A stretch of DNA of 61,645 bases, counting the filler, from Choristocarpus tenellus KU-1152 (lineage: Eukaryota; Protista; Phaeophyceae), in NCBI GenBank assembly GCA_964200185.2. It is 13 parts of 13 records of this genome, joined end to end, with 100 filler letters (N's around TTAATTAATTAA, not from the genome) between each part and the next. Parts side by side here need not be neighbours in the genome. Positions count along the whole stretch, not along the records: positions 31,870 to 35,127 come from CAXNAD020021220.1; positions 35,228 to 38,246 come from CAXNAD020022897.1; positions 38,347 to 41,265 come from CAXNAD020023657.1; positions 41,366 to 45,488 come from CAXNAD020016107.1; positions 45,589 to 49,420 come from CAXNAD020017683.1; 8 more parts are not named here. The stretch is one strand, 5' to 3'. The notes below the pieces were generated by a model. It saw only the letters and a list, made by a program, of their open reading frames with translations. It was not told the DNA's origin and ran no database searches. Made by a program: the position numbers and the translations under genes. This document shows positions 35,109 through 47,450 of this stretch, piece by piece (the stretch's first letter is position 1; the number at the start of each line of letters is the position of its first letter).

Positions 35109-35682
35109 AACATCATACCATACGCACNNNNNNNNNNNNNNNNNNNNNNNNNNNNNNNNNNNNNNNNNNNNTTAATTAATTAANNNNNNNNNNNNNNNNN
35201 NNNNNNNNNNNNNNNNNNNNNNNNNNNATCCTGGAAGGTGAGCATTGAGGGGCGCCTGTAACAGTAGAGTATCTATGAGGTAAGAGAGGAGAAGTGTATC
35301 CTTTAACACATTGTTGTTCAGGATGTGCAGGTTCCTTCCCTCTCGATCCCCTCAAGTCTCTCACAGGTGAGGGTGCTCTCATTTGTAGGGTCCTGCCGCG
35401 TGTTCACGACAGTCGCTGCTCCAGAACAAGATCTCAGGGCCAGCAGCACAGGAGCCACGACTGATCAGAGTGATGGCTAGGGTCGGATCATCAGTATTAG
35501 GGAGGATGTAGGCTCAGTAACTCCACCTTCCTGATAGTTGTGCTTCGTCCCTCCAGCAATCACCATACTTCCTTTTCACTGAGGTCCTTCTCCAGGGTCT
35601 CACTTGAGTAGCTTCAGAAGACACAATGATCTCCTGAGAAGTTCAGCGATCATCAAGATAACGCATATCACAGGGGTATTTC

Positions 35683-35986
35683 TGTCACAGGCGATATGTC
35701 TTGATGGCGGTTTCATAAACACCATTATGACATTGAAGTTCTAGATTTGATATATTTATACTTCTTTATTTATTTATTATTTGGTCATTATGGTCCCCGA
35801 TTGTGATAAGACATCGTAGATCAGTTTCTTTTTATATGATGATATTGACAATAATCCAAGTGAGAGATCCAGCATACTTGACGACTTGTGCATAAGGAGT
35901 CCTATACGTACATCAGTATCATCAATAAGCCCGTAGATTGGAGCTATACATCCCGTGGAGGTGAGCTCTTAGGGGCGCCTGTAACA
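35683..35986. mobile_element. Solo LTR, 304 bp, 4-bp TSD TTTC
   Basis: Termini TGTCACAGGCG ... CGCCTGTAACA (10/11 inverted match), with TTTC on both sides. Homologous copy at 43997-44275 (starts TGTTACAGG) and an end fragment at 35228-35262. Confidence 0.85.
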
Positions 35987-36291
35987 TTTCTTGAAGGTGC
36001 TTCATTCCAAGTTATCAGCAACTATGGATATGCATTCTGGTAAAATAATGAGCTCGGTTTATCATCAGTTCAAGAAGCAGTAGCCAATGGCCTGAAGGTG
36101 CACTATATAGCTTTTATTGTGGTCTTGAGGAAGCCTAAAGCTAGATAGGCTCAATTATGGTGGCAGAATAATATGTAGAACCATCCAGTAAATCTCTATC
36201 AACAGGCTCTCCAAACTCTACCTCCTAGCATGCTCGACAAAATGATGAAACAGGTCTTTAGATTGAAGGCGAGACAGACAAATATGCTGCT

Positions 36292-36450
36292 GACCCAAAG
36301 TATCTGTGAGGGGGGAGGGGTCTACACCAGGGTGTCCATTTGAGCCATAAACAGGAAAGTGCACCTACATTATCTATCCAATGTATGCAACCAAATCACC
36401 CAAAAATCGCGACATGTCATGGAAAAAATTGGCCCCAAATACTTTGAGCC
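36292..36450. mobile_element. MITE subfamily B with a small right-end deletion
   Basis: GACCCAAAGTATCTG...GTCTACACCAGGGTGTCCATTTG ... AATACTTTGAGCC. Flanks TGCT/TGTT. Confidence 0.85.
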
Positions 36451-36869
36451 TGTTCTGCCTGTATACCACATTCGTGACAGAGAAACACACTCGGAGGTAT
36501 ACATAATATGGAAGGGTATCTCAAATGTATAGCTTGGAAAGAAAATGCCTATAACAAAATTAGTGTTTTAAAATGGGCTTTGCTTTCGTCGGCAGTACGT
36601 TATGACTAAAAAAATAGTGCTAACAGTATATTTGGAATGACTTGTGCCATTCAGGGCGAAAAGTGTTCGAGTTGAAAGCCGTTCAACATACTTAGTAGAG
36701 TTTTTCGTGTAGTACAAAAGTACACGGAATGGAATTGAGATTTCGTCGGATACTGAAAATTCCAGAAAGGAATGTTTCTAGATCTCCGAAGAATGGTCAT
36801 TTTTCTAGGGTTAGAAACTGTGAAGATAGGAATGGTTCTAGACGCCTGTCTGCAGTACATATTGACGGA

Positions 36870-37470
36870 CTATCTGTATGACTGGGTGCATGTGGACGAG
36901 AAGTAGTTTTACATCCTCAAAGATGGGCAAGGTCTGTACCTGTACCCCAATGAGGACCCCCCCAAACCCCCACAGGCACAGAATAATCGTTGCATTATGA
37001 AAGTAATGTTCCTTGCAACTGTGGCCTGCCCTAGGAAGCTCTCTGACGGTGTGTGGTTCGATGGGAAAATCGAGATCTGACCAATTGTGGACACCAAGGT
37101 CGATCAGCACTCCAGCAAACACCACCCCAAGGGCACCAAGGTGATTGTGCCAGTCACAGTGGATGGGAAGAGTTATAAGAAGCTCATGATCGAGGGCGTC
37201 ATCATCCTGGCAATCAAGGCCCACATGCCTGGGCTGGAAGGACATACCATCTTCGTGCAGAAAGACAGAGCAAAGCCACACATTAAAGGGGGTTCATGGA
37301 GGCAACCGAGGAATGGCGAGGGATGACATTGTCATAGAGACCCGACCAGAAAACTCACCTTACCTCAACATCAATGACCTGGGATTATTTCATTCCATCC
37401 AGCAACTGAGGGAAGACATGGGGGAAAACAACACAGAGGAGCTTCTGGTGGAGGCCACAAGTTTGATGTG
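36870..37470 (+). mobile_element. Tc1/mariner transposase pseudogene, plant/oomycete mariner type
   Basis: VHVDEK*FY, KVMFLATVACPR, WFDGKIEI*P, IFVQKDRAKPH and, after a frameshift, RPENSPYLNINDLGLFHSIQ. These are the diagnostic motifs of this group. Both stops replace conserved Trp. Confidence 0.9.
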
Positions 37471-38375
37471 TCTTCAAAACTCTCCACCTACCTCAGCAAG
37501 GTAAAGTCTGAGAAGGCAGGGAAGCTCCCCCTGAAAGCCCTGGTCGATGGGGTGAAATACCGTGTTTGAGTTTTGGAGGGCCTCGGGCGCAGAATCATAG
37601 ACAGAGATTTTGGTGGGCAACCTATTAGTACATGCACAATACACCCATAAAATATCAGTATGTAATTTTTATTTTATTTATTAGGCTACAAAATGGAGGA
37701 AGTATGTCCATAAATGGTCGTATGCGCTTTGCTGGAAAGTGAAGTCTTGGCACCTCGTTCTTTGGTGTTTTTTTGTGGAATAGTGACAGGAATAGTGCGG
37801 CGGCGCGAAAATGGTTTGGGAAGGCTGATGAGGTGGAACTACAAAATTCTACTCTGTCACAAAACACTGAAAACAATTCAAAGAAAATATGGTTGAGATA
37901 AAGGGTCCAAATAAAAAAAACAGAAAATTTGGAAAAAATAATATATTCTTTGGACAAATAAAGGTGGGATAAGGAGGGTGGGATTGAAAGCCCCCACACA
38001 CTTCAACAACGATGGTGAAAAGTGTGGGGGTTTCCTTATTATTCTTGCTTCGGGGGTGTACAGTAGGGGCAGGGACACCATTAGACCCTTTGGGTTTGTT
38101 GGCGAGCGTCACGGGTACCTACACTCATTTCTTTGATGATGATCTGTCATTAACAATGACCTATGACCTGCAAGATGATTCCAAACCCCCGCTCAGCATG
38201 ATCACAGGGTGAGATCGAGGTCCATCCAACAGTGTTAACACGATTTNNNNNNNNNNNNNNNNNNNNNNNNNNNNNNNNNNNNNNNNNNNNTTAATTAATT
38301 AANNNNNNNNNNNNNNNNNNNNNNNNNNNNNNNNNNNNNNNNNNNNGGGGGGGTGGGGAGGGTGGTGGGGGGTCC

Positions 38376-38407
<32 letters not shown>

Positions 38408-38562
38408 CGGGGTCTACACCAGATTGTCCATTTGGGTCAAAATCAGGAAAAGGGCATTTACATTATCCATTCGACGTATGCAACCAAATAGCCCAAAAAT
38501 CGCGACATGAAAAAATTGACCCCAGATGGATAGCCGCCACCCCCCCCCAGATACTTTGAGCC

Positions 38563-39350
38563 ACAACAGTATCATGGCTGCTTTTGGAGCGAAGTTGGAT
38601 TGGGATAGAGAAGAAACAACATTTTCTGGGAGGACAGTTCGCATTCTAGCCACTCATAAAATTTCTCCTATATACCCATTCATTGTTAATCCACCAACCA
38701 TCCAGTCAAAATACAATTCAAACCTTTTCAACAGACATGACAGTGGTTACAATTTCAACTGAGTTCACCATACCTGTACACGTAAGACATAAAACATATT
38801 TACCCCCGGGAACCGAAACTGTTGTTTCATTGTGTTTCTCAGGCCTTACCTGGATCAGCCAAAGATGATGTAGTGGAGCCCATTGACAAGACGAGCATGG
38901 ACTTCATCAACCAGGAACAACACCACTCTCCATGGAAAGACATCATGGTCAGTCGGTCTTTAATCATCTGGGGGAAGAAGATGGATCTTGCTTAGTCAAA
39001 TTTGACAACCATTCTAATCATGGTATTAAGATACCTCCTCAATTTGTTGTAGGTACATAGCACCAGTGGATCAAATTCACACCCTTTCTGAAGCGTAGAC
39101 CAGTACCATAGTGGCTGCTCCGAGCACTCCAGAGGAGCTTAAACAAGCCCGTGATGAGTTAAAAGAAGTTTTCGGTAAAAAAGCCCTGGTAGATAGAGTG
39201 TTCAGTCAGCCTACTGGCAACTACCCATCACCGACGCCTACGAACACCAAAAAACTGCCTTTGTCACACCGGATGGAAAATACGAATTAAAAAGGCTGCC
39301 CTTTGGTGTTGCTAACGCACCATGGATATATCAACACTTCATGTCAGAAA
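38563..39350 (+). mobile_element. Highly decayed Ty3/gypsy pol fragment
   Basis: Protease-end-like SIMAAFGAKLDW at about 38570-38605. RT KKTAFVTPDGKYELKRLPFGVANAPWIYQHFM at about 39250-39345. Confidence 0.75.
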
Positions 39351-41664
39351 CAGATTTGATTTTAGAACCCAGTAGGGGCTTACTGATTTATCTTCAAGTC
39401 AAAGTATCTTAGAGGGTAGGGTCACGTCCATTTGGGAACCAAAACCCATTGCATGATTTGGGGATGTAATTTTGGCTGTTAAGTTTGTTAGAAAGCGTCA
39501 ATAACTCTTGTTGGTTTTGAGTCTCGAAAATAGTCCTGGACTGCTTTCCGTTTCTAGTCGTCTTCTCTCTGAGAACCAAGTATGATTTTCCTCCCTTTCC
39601 CTGTCCAAACTCTAAAAATCGGAGAACTATCAGGACTTGAGTATAAGGCCCCCCAATATTCATGTGGACGCCATCAATTAAATATCTAGGAATAGGCGTC
39701 AAGTCTCATACCGACTTGAAACTCAAGTAATAAGCTATATCTCTCGATTACTTTGTCAAAAGCAAGTGCCATACATAGAACGAGATAGTTGCAATTAGGG
39801 GTGGACCAATCCAACAGAAATTCGCAAAAACGGAACTAGGAAAGTGTCTAGAAATCGATATAAGAAATCTTGATTAGTGCTTTATCGTAGTAGTACATAG
39901 TAGTACCTGTTCATTATATTCTTTCTACTTTTGGCGAGATTTACTTTGTTCTACTAGTCATGATCCTCGCCACTAATATCGTAGGAAAAACTATAGAAAG
40001 AGATACCTGGCCCATTCCAATCTGGGCCGAGCATACGAAATATAATCTCATTCAGGAAACACACAACACACAATCCCAATGAAGACTGCTTCACTTCCAT
40101 TATTATAGCTCAACACATTTGTTCGGGCTTGGCTACACATTCCCAGCACCATTACTGTTCAGTAATGCGAGTGCAAGGGAAACCAACGCATAGCGAGCTC
40201 CGAACAACCCTGAACAGACAGGGCATGAACAAAACATACCTCTCTCACATGGAAAAAAAAGGCGGTCAGGGAAAGCAAAATACACCAGCGCTTTGTGCAT
40301 ACACGAGCATGTCATCGTTGTAATATTCAACCAAGACACAATGAACCCTGCAAGAACGCTGGGTGAGAAGTCAAACACAGCAAGTGCTCATCCCCCCCCC
40401 CCTGACTGGCCAACTTTGTTCAGTACTCTGAGTACATGCATAGAACATACGTGGTGCATATACTTTGATTGAACACTTCTAAATCCTACCCTGATAGTAA
40501 TCAACCCATTCGGCCAAAATAACACCATTATTTAGGTAAAGAACTCACCCAATCTTGTAGCCACATCGCTGCAGTACAGCACTACAAAGAAAGACACCTA
40601 TTTACCCTAACCCTGATCCCTCTAAACAACCACGCCTTCCATAAAACTTCACCCTTGCTTTGGTTCCATATTGCTCCTGATATCGTAGTCGCAACAGGCC
40701 GTTATGCTATACAAAATGGCGGAATCACTCTTCAGCTCCGCCACACCCTTCCCACACTCACAAAGGGAAGGAAAGTCTAAATAAAAGTCGTGATCATACA
40801 GACACACACAAATATGACAAAAACATAGCATGGGCATGTATACTGTACCCCCAAAGCTATGCGGATATTTGCAGCTGCAACACACAACGCCTCATGCCAT
40901 CCCTGCCTCTTGCCCTACCCAACCACATCTCCGACTATGGAATGCCGAATAATCGCCTTGTTGGTGAAAAAAAATGTCAGCAATTCCTACCTCACTGACA
41001 AATGAACACTACTGGTTGGGCCCACAGCCCACAGCCCACAGCCCACATCCGCACTATCAAGCGATCAAGCGATCAAAAAAACACACCAAGCAGACACTCG
41101 AGAGAAACCGGAACCCCTCCATGCCCTTCAAACTTCCACAAACAGAACCCCTTCTCACTTTCACCAATCAAAAAGCAGGGTGTGATCCCCCCCCCCCCCC
41201 CCCCCCCCCCCACAAAAATAAAAAAAAGCTCAATATACAACAATGGGGGTTTTGGGGGGGGGGGGNNNNNNNNNNNNNNNNNNNNNNNNNNNNNNNNNNN
41301 NNNNNNNNNTTAATTAATTAANNNNNNNNNNNNNNNNNNNNNNNNNNNNNNNNNNNNNNNNNNNNCCCCCCCCCCCCCCAAGATACTTTGAGTCTCTGTC
41401 AAGTGTTGCGTGGTGACACCATCAAAACGCATGTGTTGGGGATCCGATACGATTGGAACTTTTCCGATAAGGTTCATATCGCGTCGTAACGAGATCTCGA
41501 TTTAACTCGCACGGTGGTATCAATACGCGCACGTAGCTTGGTCCAAAAAACCGCGGTAGCCTCACTTTAGAATTTGGTGGCTTCTACCAACTGACAGAAC
41601 ATGCCAAATTTCTACTTCGAAAGACGTTCCAAAATTGACATATTCGTTTCAAACCGGTGCATTC

Positions 41665-42130
41665 ATGCTTTCACTTTCGCGGTTCCACATTATGTTTTCC
41701 AGCTTAGGGTTCTTGTTCCAAATCGGTACACACCACCCCCAACCGTCTTACCACGCTTTCGAAATTTATCTTCCTTACCATCCGGTAGAACACATCTAAT
41801 TTCTTCATTACTGTCTGCCCTATGTCAAACACAAACCTGTACATGGTTGCCCTCCCAACATCTAACCTAGGTCGGCGCGTAAATATTTTTCGTCTTCATC
41901 TTTCACTTACGCGGTTCCATATTATGTTTTCCTGCTTACGGTTCTTCTTGTTTCAAATCGGTAAACACCACCCCCAACCGTCTTGCCTCACTTTCGAAAT
42001 TTATCATCTTTACCGTCCGGTAGAACACATCAAATTTCTTCATTACTGTCTGCCCTGTGTCAATCACAAACCTGTGCACAGTTGCCCTCCCGAAATCTAA
42101 CCGGAGTCGGCGTGTAAATCTTTTTCGTCT
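41665..42130. repeat. Diverged tandem duplication, 2 units of about 233 bp
   Basis: 41665-41896 and 41897-42130 share cgcggttcca, aaatcggta, cacccccaaccgtctt, tccggtagaacacatc, ttactgtctgccct and gtcggcg.gtaaat in register. Confidence 0.9.
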
Positions 42131-43996
42131 GCGTACACTATTGGTGCATTCTCGTATACAATTTTCCTTCCGTATAGGCGAGGTTTACCGTTCGCGGCAT
42201 GTTCGCAAATAGCAGCAGTCTCCGCGGAAGCGTTATACCATCCTCATGACGACAAACGCGATTAGCCCTTATCACCTCACCTTTGCCTAGTCCACACATG
42301 GACACGAACCCCCCACTCCCTACAGACCCCTTCATCATTGGTCACATACTCTAGCACTGTATATACAACAACACCCTTGATGTCATCGCCTAACGATAGA
42401 ATCCAACCCTGCGTCGATATCCTTCTCATTTGCTGATATCGTTGCCATAATATATCCTCCCCTACCTTCACAGGCAGTTGGCCAGAGGTCCAAAGAAACA
42501 TGAAAACGAAAAGACGACAGAGCTGATCACGTCAAACCTCAGCGCGACGCATACGATCAACCTGGCCACTCTGCTTTCTTGACCCAGAGGTACAATACCA
42601 ATCTCCTTTACAAGGATAGGGTAGAGTCCATGATTTCAAAGCTGGGGCCAGACCCAGAGGTTGCCGCCAATGATACTTTCGCTGTGCTCTGTCGATCGGT
42701 ACAACCCAGTGCAAGGTGGGAAATTATGTTGCGGTTCATGTCATATAGTCCTATACGCATCTTCTTACCCCAGTGTTACAAGCCCTACTTGCCTTCCTGA
42801 TCTATGGGCTAAAAGAATCCGCCCAAGTACTTACACCAAACCAACCCTTCCTCATCAGGATTTATTCAAACCACTAATCCTAACCCAGAATCAAGGGTTG
42901 TATATCTTGAGATACTCCCAGCAAAAAGTACGACAATAGACCTTGACCAATAAGCCTTTGTGAACACATCCAGAATCCGTCGACACGTTACATCAAAGAA
43001 ACAATTCACTAACGCAAAAGTAAAGCCTGACCCTTTTCCCTTCCTTCATGCCAACAACTCTAACCCTAACACCCAGAGCAACAACCCCGTTTGTGTACAG
43101 ACTAAATCCGACACATGCAAGCAAATAAACGAAATTCTAAATTTATAACAGTACATGGATTATTTTTTAATTCCTTGTGCACACACCAGGACAACAGGCC
43201 CTAACTGACAGTCATCTTTGTGTACATACCAGACACGACTCATGCAAGCTGATAAACGAAACAACTAACCTCGAAACAGTCCATGGTCTTTTTTTCAGTT
43301 CCTCGTGCTAATACTGGTTAACCCTAACACCCTAACCGACAGCCCTCTTTATGTGCTGACCAAATCCCACTCATGCAACCAAACAAACCAGTAACTAGCC
43401 CTGAAACAACCAATGGCATATTTCTCATGCTTCATCCTAACTATACAACCAACATACACGTTGACATAAGCCTGTTTGAACACATTCGAAATCCGACACA
43501 TGCAAACGTCGAAACTCCTAACCAAGCCCGAGTAAATGGTGGCATATATTCCCATTCGCAAGGACAGAAGGGAACCTAACCAACAGTCTTCTTTTTTATG
43601 CCCACATTTCCAATCCGACACGTGCGACCAAATCACACCAAAAAGGGGAAATCGAAAAAAGAGTGAAAAACGGACTCCGTCACCCCCCCCCCAGATACTT
43701 TGGCCCAAAATATTATTACGTGGTTAGCCATTGATAAAATGTTGTAACATGACGAAGTCCATGGCCTTCAATACTTGAACATGGTCATGGATCCAAAGCA
43801 TTTAAGAGGTAGGGCCATGTCAGTGTTCGGGCTCATTAATCCTGTCTTGCTGTTTTGATGTAATTTCGACTGTCGTGTTTTTTGCAAGCGTCAATATCCT
43901 TGTTCCGGACACCCCTTTCATATTTGTGTGCATCTTACCTATTCCGAAACATTTTACCCTAGTGAGAATATTGAGTGCGGCGGAAGAGTCAAACAG

Positions 43997-44275
43997 TGTT
44001 ACAGGCAATATGTCTTGATGGTGGTTTCATAAACGTCATTATAACCTTGAAGTCCAAGATTTGATATATTTGTACTTCTTGACTATTTATTATTATTTGG
44101 TCATCATGATGCTCGATAGAGATAAGACATCGTTGACCAGTTCCTTTTTATACCATGATAATTTATATTTAAGAAGGAATAATCCAAGTGAGAGATCCAG
44201 CATACTTGACAACTTGTGCATCAGGAGTCCTGTACATGCATCAGCACCATCTGCAGGCTTGTGGATTGGAGCTAA
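43997..44275. mobile_element. Truncated copy of the 35683 LTR family
   Basis: Aligns by eye with 35683-35945 (atatgtcttgatgg, aataatccaagtgagagatccagcatacttgac, gattggagcta). The CCTGTAACA end is missing. Confidence 0.85.
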
Positions 44276-44617
44276 GGATTCTTGGTAATCTCCATACTAT
44301 GGCCTGAATTTTATTCTGCATAGTTTCGTCGCTTCCTTGGATGGACTTGGAGCACTTTCACTGTCACCCCTTCTACCCCATCTATCTTTCTGCAAAGGAC
44401 TCGCATGATAGCATCTGTGGCTCCAAAGGAGGCACCATACACCTGTGATCATAAATGGGTGGTTTTTGACCGCCATGGTGTAGATAGACGTTGCTTAGGT
44501 GGCTATTTCTCGTCGTCCATATACTAACATCCCCTATTTTTGTGTCACGTTGTTCTTTTATTATCCCAGGTTCGCAGAAATATCTGGCTCACAGAGTTCG
44601 GTGGGGAATTGAAGTCA

Positions 44618-45309
44618 TGCCGAACGCACAGATTCCGCCGGGAATCAATGATTCCGAGAGGTTCCAGCCCAGGGCCGCATCTTTCGAAAATTCCTGCAGC
44701 ACCCATGTCGGCTCAACTGAAAGCGGAGGCAGGTCAAAAGAGCGTGTTCACTTCCACTCCTCTACCAGTGGCAGATCCCGTTCCAGGTCAAGATCCCAAG
44801 ACAAGACATTCCAAGCGAGACTCATGGAGGAATAGAGACGAGATCAGAGGCCGAACCCGTTCACTTGGACATTGCAGCCAAACCAGAGATTTCTCTCACC
44901 ACACAGGTCTGTCCCACCAAGGACAACCCAGAGGGAAAGCATGACTATGATACGTCATCACAGAGGGGTAGAAGCACAACTAAGAAGTCAAATTAATGAG
45001 GTACGTGAACAAGTAGAATTGAATGAGTCTAGGTTTGGCAGACAAGAGAGAGAAAGAACCACCCACGACCTAGACATGCACTACCACCAGGATAGTATCA
45101 AAGCCATAGAATGCATTTACAAAAAGCTCGGAGATCCAGCCAAAGGCCTCGTTTTTCAAGGGGTATCAGCAGATAACTCGGCCTCCACAACGTCTAATAA
45201 ACCTGTTTTTTTCACTGACGCTATCACTAAGGCTCTCGAGAGAGTTAAAGGAGGGATGTGGGCCTTACCCGAGGATCGGTCCAGGAACCATAATGCATCG
45301 CACTCATGA
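44618..45309 (+). pseudogene. Long reading frame broken by one stop, possibly retroelement gag/ORF1
   Basis: ORFs 44491-44835 and 44872-45309 are in the same frame. Ser/Arg-rich, then coiled-coil-like (EAQLRSQINEVREQVELNE). Lies next to an LTR copy. No diagnostic motif. Confidence 0.3.
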
Positions 45310-45662
45310 AGTGATCACCTAACATCTTTCCGCATCGAGCTCCTCAAACAACTCTTGTCTGACTCTCTTAGGACACACAGCACCACAAGGCTGTGCAAAT
45401 TACCTTGGGAGGTAATGCTATTTCTCAGTAGTGAAGATAAGAGAGTGTGAAGCCTCACACGACCCCCTTTAAAAAAAAAAAAAAAAGGNNNNNNNNNNNN
45501 NNNNNNNNNNNNNNNNNNNNNNNNNNNNNNNNTTAATTAATTAANNNNNNNNNNNNNNNNNNNNNNNNNNNNNNNNNNNNNNNNNNNNCAAAAAAAAAGG
45601 TTGTTTGACCGAAACGGTCGCCCCCGCACAAACCACCCCCCACCCTCCAGATACTTTGACCC

Positions 45663-46400
45663 TAGACCCAAGCCCACCTAACTTGTTGTGGGCATCTGTG
45701 CCTGTACTTGTTGTGTTCTCAGGTGAAGAGACACATTTTCACACACTCCATCAAAGAAATCAGTGGCTCCAGCTGAGTCTGCTACTTCCATTATCTTCTC
45801 TAGAGTCCTCAGTGAGGTGTTGTTGGGTTGTTCCATAATGGAGCGTGTCAGGTGTGGGGAAGTGACCATGGGTTGAGGAACTAGGCAATTTGTTTATCAT
45901 CCATCACACTCGGGTTCATTAAACATTCGTGTGCCTGAGCTCTCAATCACCCCAGCAATGTGGGCTAGGATGAATTCATCCATCCCCACTGGAGTCCCTA
46001 GTGTGACAAAACCATTTTGGTCCTGGGACCCAGGTTGATTCCCGCTGTGGCTAGGAGTTCCAGGGGTCCATTTCGAGCCCTGACCAGGAAAAGTGAACTT
46101 GTGTTATCCATCCGATGCATTCAACCAAATCACCCCAAAATCGTGACATGGAAAAATAGGTCCCAAATGGACAGCCGCCACACTTTGAGCCCTTCGGGAA
46201 GAAACCCCCTGTGGTCGAAAGGTAGACTGGATCCACTGCAGAGCTCTTGCTGTTGCCAGGCAGTATGGGAGGGGACCAAGTGTTGTGCCCCCGACCTTGA
46301 CGACATATTTATCCCTCCCTCGTTCAAGGGGGAAAAGATCACGGGTGTCCCCATATACATTGGACACGCTGTATCATCAGAATTCTCCTACCAGAATTCC
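45663..46400 (-). mobile_element. Decayed non-LTR retrotransposon RT, CRE-clade-like, interrupted by a MITE
   Basis: In order on the minus strand: YGDTRDL, SSRSGAQ, LGPLPYCLATARAL (GxQQGDPLGP..FCLA-like), GFVTLGTPVGMDEFI and QAQMPT/KLGGLG (Q..LP...GGLG). These are typical CRE-like RT and thumb motifs, with frameshifts. Confidence 0.7.
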
Positions 46401-46689
46401 CATGAGACCTACACTTTTTTTTAACATTCCCATTTAATTGCGAATTGCACTATTCTGTTGCGGCATGATTTACTCAGTCAAGAGTGGTGAAGAGAATCAC
46501 AGGGTAAGATGGACCAGATGGAACAAGGCGAACTGTATCTGAGAGGATGAGGTTAAGGTTGGAAAAGTGGACAAGGATAGCAGAGTGGGGAGGATCTCAT
46601 GAGAGTGTGGATCACCAGAGAATCAAGATATAACGTCAAAGAGATTATTTTATGCTTGGTATCTCTGAATTAATAGAAATCCACTATAT

Positions 46690-47450
46690 GTTGGACTGGT
46701 TCCTTGAAGAGATCAATTAGATCGTTCAGTCTCACGAACATACTTCCCTGGAAATCAGGGTTCCCGACAAGGAACCTCAATCTGTATACCGATATATGGC
46801 ATATAGCACTGACGGTATGAGAACAGACAGTCCTCCTTCCCACATTAACTTCTTCTTCTGATGGGCCTCGGATATGTTTGAACATGATTTGTGGTCAACC
46901 GAAAGGTGAGGCCTGCGAGTAGAATGGGAAATAGGTGAAACTGCTGATAGTATACTATTACATCATTATACCAAACGACTCCATTCATACAAACTGGGGT
47001 GTGATGCATGAATGTAGCATTTATGAATATCTGATCAGGAGTATCATTAGCCAAAAGCTGATGGTATGTGGTCAGGGTACTAATCAAGCTTTTCGCGGTC
47101 CCAGAGTATATGGGATCATCAGCATATCAGTCAACCAAAACACCAGTGAGATTGATGGGATGTGGTCAGCGTTGCATCATCCAAGCTCCTTTTCAAAAAT
47201 CTGATGGCATGGAGCCAGCATATAGATCTCCTGTATCCTGTACAAACAGAGGATGCTCGAGAATGGGGATACGAGGAGTAAACACTTTGCGATGTCAGTA
47301 CCTGTTGAGAAGGGTCTGTGTCCTGAGGGTGCTAAACGAGTGGCACATTACTATTCTGATAACACTCCGATGTGCGAAAACATACAAATACTTGTACGTG
47401 ATCAAAATAACGCAGCAGACGAGATCAATAGACAAGGTGTGCACACTTCT
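46690..47450 (+). mobile_element. Very decayed gypsy-like RT/RNase H remnant
   Basis: SVYRYMAYSTDGMRTDS resembles V.YLGH.IS.DGIRPDP. SKHFAM...AKRVAH...IQILVRDQNNAADEINR resembles the RNase H tail (F...TDH...RW...N..ADALSR). Confidence 0.4.
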
